Shown here: positions 57,894 to 64,000 of the stretch, one piece after another | Position numbering within the stretch: the first letter of the stretch is position 1 | How the letters are laid out: each line of letters begins with the position of its first letter | Assembly (NCBI RefSeq): GCF_009914755.1 | Contig: NC_060947.1 | Reading direction: 5' to 3' (one strand) | Source of the DNA: the human T2T-CHM13v2.0 reference genome, Homo sapiens | Length of the DNA: 64,000 nt | Made by a program: the position numbers and the translations under genes | The notes under the pieces: model-generated | What the model was told of the DNA's origin: nothing | Seen by the model: only the letters and a program-made list of their open reading frames with translations | Database searches by the model: none

Positions 57894-58754
57894 AATTTTG
57901 ACAATATAAAATTTTCCTTTATAGTTCATTCCCTGTAAACTTGATAAAGATGGAACATCTGCTGTATACCAGACAACATTGCTTTTAATAGATATTACCT
58001 CTGACTGGTAAGCTGGGTAAACTGGGCCAGGAGGACCATAAATGAACTCTAAATAATCTGATAGAAAGCACAAGTAGGGGCTTCCCTGAATGCAGAGTGG
58101 CATGAAAGTGGCATTCATTTTGAAGGGACTTAGAAGCTGTCCATAACCATGAATGGTTACAAAAGATATTGTTTTCCTTTGTGGCACTTAGGTCTTCTAA
58201 GCCAGAGTGTTCTCTCATACCCACCCATGTAGTCTGGTTCCCATGAATCTGAGCTGTCACTTGGCAGAGGTGGGAGGGGGTCCTAGAGTAGCCCCTGTAC
58301 TGTTGTGAAGATTCCCACTGAAAGTGTACAGCTGATAATTATCAAATTGATTGTGTGACATTTAACAAATCACTTATTAAAATGAGCTAAGTGACTGTTA
58401 AGTGATCTTTAACAAGGTCACACAACCTTTAACAAGTCACTTAGCTCATTTTAACAAGTGATTCTCCATTTCTTCATTCATAAAATATGGAAAATAGTGC
58501 CTACCTCATAGGGATGTTTGGTAGTTTAAACAAGTTAATGTATGAAAAATCATTTAGAAATAATGCTTGGCATATAGTAACTGCAATGTAAATGTTCATT
58601 GTTATTAGTATAAATTTGAGTTTTATAATTCCAGACTTTTCTTTATGTGTAAATGTATGTTCACATAAATGTATATGTGTACATGTATATTTTAATGAGC
58701 TCCTACTACTATATATGTATAATAGTTCTATACATACTGTTTGTAGCTTATAAT

Positions 58755-59457
58755 TTTATTTATTTATTTATTTATTTGAGACAGGGTCTCACTCAGGCTG
58801 GAGTGCAGTGGTGTGATTTATGGCTCACTGTAGCCTGCAACTCGTGGGCACAGCTCAGCCTCCTGAGTAGCTAGGGCTACAGGTTCATGCCACCATATGT
58901 GGCTGATATGGTTTGGATCTGTGTCCCTACCAAATCTCATGTCGAATTGTAATCCCCAGTGTTGGAGGTGGGGCCAAGTAGGAGGTGATTGGATCCTGGG
59001 GACAGAGTTCTCATGAATGGTTTGGCACCATCCCCTCTTGGTACTGTATAGTGATAGAGTTCTCAAGAGATCTTGTTGTTTAAAAGTGCATAGCACTTCC
59101 CCCTCCCCTCTTGCTCCTGCTCTGGCCATGTAAGATGTGTCTGCTTCTCCTTCACTTCCTACCATGATTGGAAGCTTCCTGAGGCCTCCCCAGAAGCAGA
59201 AGCTGCTATGATTCCTGTACAGCCTGCAGAACTATGAGCCAATTAAACCTCTTTTCTTTGTGAATTACCCAGTCTCAGGTATTTCTTTATAGCAGTGCAA
59301 GAATGGACTAAAACAACAACTATTAATTTTTTGTATGCAGAAACAGGATCTTGCTATGTTGCCCAGGCTGGCATTGAACACCTGGCCTGAAGCTATCCTC
59401 CTGCCTTGGCCTTCCAAAGTGCTGGGATTACAGGTGTGAGCCCACCACCTCCCCGCT
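58755..59457 (-). mobile_element. AluJ split by an MSTA LTR
   Basis: Right monomer at about 58755-58903 and left monomer at about 59316-59457, flanking the LTR. Confidence 0.8.
58904..59315 (+). mobile_element. MaLR solo LTR (MSTA)
   Basis: TGATATGGTTTGGATCTGTGTCCC...ccaattaaacctcttttctttgtgaattacccagtctcaggtatttctttatagcagtgcaagaatggactaaaaCA. Confidence 0.9.
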
Positions 59458-59499
59458 ATGTTTGCAGCTTATAATTTTAAATGAACAATTTTTAAGGGA

Positions 59500-60920
59500 C
59501 ATTCTTTATTTCATTTTGTATGAATCTATCTCATTTTTTAAAATGGCTATATAGTTATTCACTATGCATGTATGATAATTAACCAATCCTTAAATAATGG
59601 ACACTTGACATTTGTGTAATCTTTAATAACACAAAATTTCCCCAAATATCCAATACATACATTTCTGTGCACTTGTGAAAGCACTTGTCAGAAATTTTAG
59701 AATTGAAGTCATTAGATCCATAGGTATTTCTTGGTCTATAAATAGCCTGTCTTTATCCTTTGCCCATTTTTTTCCTGTTGTGATGCTTCTATTCAGAATT
59801 GTAACTCTTTGTCAATGTATGCTGTAAATACCTTCCTGCTTTGCCATTTCTCTTTTAATTTTGTTTGTAGCCTTTGTCATACCAAAGTTTTAAGTATTTT
59901 TCTTGTCAAAGTTTTCAATCTTTTCTTTAAAATTTCTAGATTTTCTGTTATGCTTAAAAAGACCCTTCCCACTTCAGGATTAGAAAACTATTAATTTACA
60001 TGGGCTTGTAATAATTTTATGATTTTAACATTAAAATTTTTGATTCTGCTAGAAATTACTTTTTAAATGGTCTCAGATAGGTATTTATTTTTGTTTATTA
60101 AAAAAAATTCTAATAGCATCTGTTGACCAGTTACCCCCATGATTTGAAATTCCATTTTTTTATAAACTGAATTTATATAAATATATGAGTTCCATATTTT
60201 CCCCATATTCCACCTATCATTCTCTTATTTATTCTTTTAATTGTATTTTAGAGTCAATTTGTCATATTTTTAAAAAAGCTCACAGAAATTTGATTGGAAT
60301 TTCATTGAATTTACAGTTTGCTTAATGAGAATCAGCATCTTTAGAATATTGAATTTTTCCATCCAGAAACATGGTATACCTTTCCATTTATTTAAGTTTA
60401 AACAAATGTCATTGGTAAAGTTTTGATCTTATGAAGAAGATCTTGTATGTTTTTTGTTAATTTTATTCCTGGGTATTTTATGTTTCTAGGTTTATTGTGA
60501 GTGGACTCTTTTCCTTCATTATATTTTCATATCATTTATTACTGGTATTTATGGAAGCTTTTAAAACACACATCACTGAAGTTTATCAATTCTAATATGT
60601 AATTTTTCATATAAATATAGATTGTATCTTATAAGTATTTTTCTTTTCATAAACATCATAATAATATAGCTGCCTTAATGAACTCCATTACTGTTTCTAT
60701 TAGTTTTTTATTGATTCTATTGGGTTTTCTAAATAGATACACACATATCTGCAAATAACTATGATTCTGTTACTTCCTTTCTCATGTGCATGGTATTTTT
60801 TTTCCACTACATGGTTCTTCTCTATAACAATGCAACCCTATAACAATGTTCAATAATAAGAGGGATAGTAAACACCCTTGCTTTTATGCTGATTTTACTA
60901 GGAATGCTCCTATGTTTTAC
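59500..60920 (-). mobile_element. Highly diverged L1ME-like fragments
   Basis: tttgattggaatttcattgaatttacag...ttccatccagaaacatggtatacctttccatttattta...cacatatctgcaaataac...acaatgttcaataataagaggg. Confidence 0.6.
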
Positions 60921-61936
60921 CGTGGTCTTTTATATTCACTTCTTATAATGTTTATCATTATAAACATTAGATTATAAGTGTTAGATTATAACACTTCTCT
61001 GTTCAGTGTAATCCAACGGCTTCCCATATGATTCAGAGTAAAAGCCAGTCTTTCCTACGAATGAAAGGTCCTACATGATCTAGCCTCCCATTACCTCTCT
61101 AATCTCATTCCCTACTCTTCTTCCTCCTGGTTCTGTCTACCACTGTGGCTTCCTTGTAATTCCATTAGGATGCCAGGTACACTCCACCTCAAGACCTTGG
61201 AAGTTTTGGTTCCCTCCACCTGTAATGCTCACTTTCTACGTATATCTCCTAGCTCCCCCATTTCAGTCAGACTTTCACTCAAAAGTCATTTTCTCAGAAA
61301 GGCCCTCCCAAGTCAACTTATCTAATATTTAATGTTTAGAAAACATAAATTATTTTTTGTGATATTTACATGAATGCACTGAAGGGCAAATACTAACTTA
61401 TGTAAGTCTTTGATTTGAAGCTCTGTTGTTTAGGAAATCTGTTAATATAATTGATTCATGGTTTCTTAATCTCTTTAGGTGGAAGCCAGACCTGTTGTTT
61501 CCCAAATATAGAAAAAGAAAGTAATTTTGGATATCATCTAGGCTAGTGGGATTTCACCTTTGGGCTAAATTTCATCAGAAATGAATGAAATTCATTTATT
61601 CCCTATAAAGCGTATTAAAAGGGATCAGAACAACCCCTCTATTTTCTTTTTTGTAATTTTTAATATTTTAATTTTTTAAAATTTGTGTAAATGTATGGGA
61701 TTCAAGTTTAATTTTGTTATTTGGATAGATTACATAGTGGTGAATTCAGGGCTTTAGGGTATCCATCACTCAATGAACTTTGTACCCATTAAGTATTTTC
61801 TGGCAGGCCAGTCCTAGCTTACAGAGTCTTGGTTATAAGATTTAGGGTCCAGGTCTCTTTAGACAACTTACATTTCTCACTAACAGGTAGAAGACTGGAA
61901 ATGTGGAGGTAATATCTGAGTATTGTTTGGGCATTG

Positions 61937-62460
61937 TGTGAACAAAAGTTCTCTGAAACGGAATGTGTAGGAAAGACACTATTCCAGTGAACAGTTTGCA
62001 AACAGAGGATACACGGCCTGCGGTGTAAAATGAAGCAGCCTTTCAGCGCTGGGTTTTATAGCAAAGTTGCCTGCCCAGGGTCAGGTCTTTTTATGCAAAT
62101 GAAGGATTGAATCTCAGTTCCGATTGGTCAGTGCAGCTGAGCCCTGATTGGCCATGGCAGGTGACTCTGATTGTTTGGCTTAGGTGTGATCTGATTAGTT
62201 ACTTTCCAAGCTCAAAACCAGAAGTCTTTGTCACCTGTTTCTTCCAAATGGCGGGTGGAGGGCTGGCATATCTTGGCACTCACAACGGGAACTGGTTTGG
62301 AGAAAGGTCCTGTGATGCTTTTACAACGTCTTTCTCAGAACACAGAGTACATGATCACTCCCTCACCCAGCCATAGCTGCCTGGTTCTGTTTTAACTTGG
62401 AGCACCTCAGTTTGCCATGGGGAGCCCATTTTGTCTGTTGGCTAGGGGCATACTTTAACA
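61937..62460 (-). mobile_element. ERV1-class solo LTR, subfamily not identified
   Basis: TG...CA termini with a 4-bp TSD ATTG at 61933-61936 and 62461-62464. Repeated ATTGG boxes, an octamer and TATAAAA on the - strand. Confidence 0.7.
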
Positions 62461-63691
62461 ATTGCATGTTAAAAAATATGTACCTCCCTAAAATGAATAT
62501 TACTTGGTTGTCACCTATTATTTTTTAACATACAGTTGGATTTTATGGCTGCATAAAAATATTTGACAACTTCTTAATTTTCTTTTATGTTTATTCAATC
62601 ACTCGGGTTTTCTACCTCTTCTTTTTGGTAGTGCACATATTTCTATAAGACCATCTAGTTCTTATGAATTTTCAAATATTTGACATAGAGTTCTAATCAT
62701 ATAGTTCCATAATATTTTTAATTTCCTATATCTGTGGCTATGTGCCCTTTGTGATTTCTAATGCTTTTCCTTCCTGGTGAGCTGCACCAGTGTTTTTTCT
62801 GTCTTGTTAATCCTTTGAAGGAACTGGCTCCTGGTTTTGCTTATTAATTTTTTTTGTTTTTCTCTTTTGTTTTCCACTTTTACTTCCTTTTATTTTGTTA
62901 TGTTCTAGAGTTTATACATGCTGAATTAGAAAGCATTCCATCATTTTATTAATAATAATGGTAACTCACAGATCTATGAATTTTCTTCTGCATTCAGTTT
63001 TGGTCATAATCAATGGGTTTTGATATGAAATGTTTTCATATTTTATTGTGTCTTCTATTCTTTTTAGTCCTGTAATTAGCATGCTGACTTCTATTTTGAC
63101 TGAGAACGTTTTAGAAAAAAAAATTTGTTTAATTTTGCACCACTGGATAGATTTTTGAAACATTTTTCACAAATAATAACACAAAATACAGGTCAGAATA
63201 CAATGAAACTGCTACCCTCAGACATTGCTGGTACTATTTTAAGTTGCTATGTATCATTTAGAAATTATTTTGAAAAGCATAGAAAAATATTTAGCATATT
63301 TTTAAGTGAAAAAAATACAGGATACCAAATCATATATACTTTAATAACATGTAATAATGCAACAAATAAATGAGTGCATGGGGGAAAGGTCAGAAGAAGA
63401 GCTAGCAACATTGTGGGTTTCTTTTATACTATGATTTTACAAATCATCTTTTTGTTTTATAAATCTTCTTTTATTATATGTTTATGTAAAAAGTAATATT
63501 TTCTATTTATTGAATGCTTGCTATATTCTCAGAACCTGATATATAATACCCTTTATCTTTACATATAACACTATCCAGTTCTGCAACTTCACCATTTTAA
63601 AGTCAAATTGAGAAATTTGCCAAAGGTCATACAACATGAAATTATGGAATCTGTGTATCTCACTTCCAAAGCCCTTGCTCTTTCTACTATA

Positions 63692-64000
63692 CCAGGGGTT
63701 CTTAATCTAGGATTTGTGAGTTTGCTTGACAAAGAGATTGTGTCTCAAACTTAAATGTAACATTTCCTTCTTTTCTGAATGTAGGTAGTAAGTCACAGAA
63801 GTATTAGTAGCTGTGACTTTGCAAACAATAGAATTCATAGATATTCTCATGTCATATTACTCTTGTTGCAGATATTGTAAAATCTTAATTTTACAATATG
63901 CAGAAATGCTAGCAGTTACTAAATCCACTATTGTACCTTGGAATTTAATGTGTTAGCAAATAATACATATGTTATTATATCACAAATTTGGCTTTAAAAT
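63692..64000. mobile_element. hAT-Charlie (MER113-like) fragment
   Basis: Starts ccaggggttcttaatctagg, followed by gtattagtagctgtgactttg...catattactcttgttgcagatatt. Confidence 0.45.

Noticed and set aside
57633-58187. 184-aa - strand ORF
   Set aside because: Runs through (TA)n repeats and L1M remnants, giving a low-complexity I/Y translation.

Overview
Primate (most likely human) genomic DNA: about 64 kb of repeat-rich intronic sequence in a LanC-like gene on the + strand, which I identify from its peptide motifs as LANCL3 (X-linked in human, from recall). Three internal coding exons are visible: 45245-45368, 49019-49216 and 56839-57046. They have GT-AG boundaries, splice in frame, and encode the LanC GxAHG, WCHG and CHG motifs. 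The first and last exons lie outside the window, and the ORF track misses two of the three exons. The rest is a layered transposon record: a full-length but disabled L1PA3-type element (17990-24151, - strand, 16-bp TSD), truncated L1s, Alus, MaLR/ERV solo LTRs, MER5/MER33/MER45/MER58 DNA elements, MIR and L2. I found no novel multi-gene system. The best leads are (1) the L1 antisense promoter with an open ORF0 pointing into the LANCL3 exons, (2) a composite L1-unique-L1 insertion inside one TSD pair that looks like a 3' transduction, (3) very weak LANCL3 splice donors, (4) an old ~240-bp local duplication, (5) a ~34-bp inverted repeat and (6) an antisense LTR with CCAAT, octamer and TATA motifs. 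Repeat subfamily calls and old-repeat boundaries come from recalled consensus sequences and are approximate.
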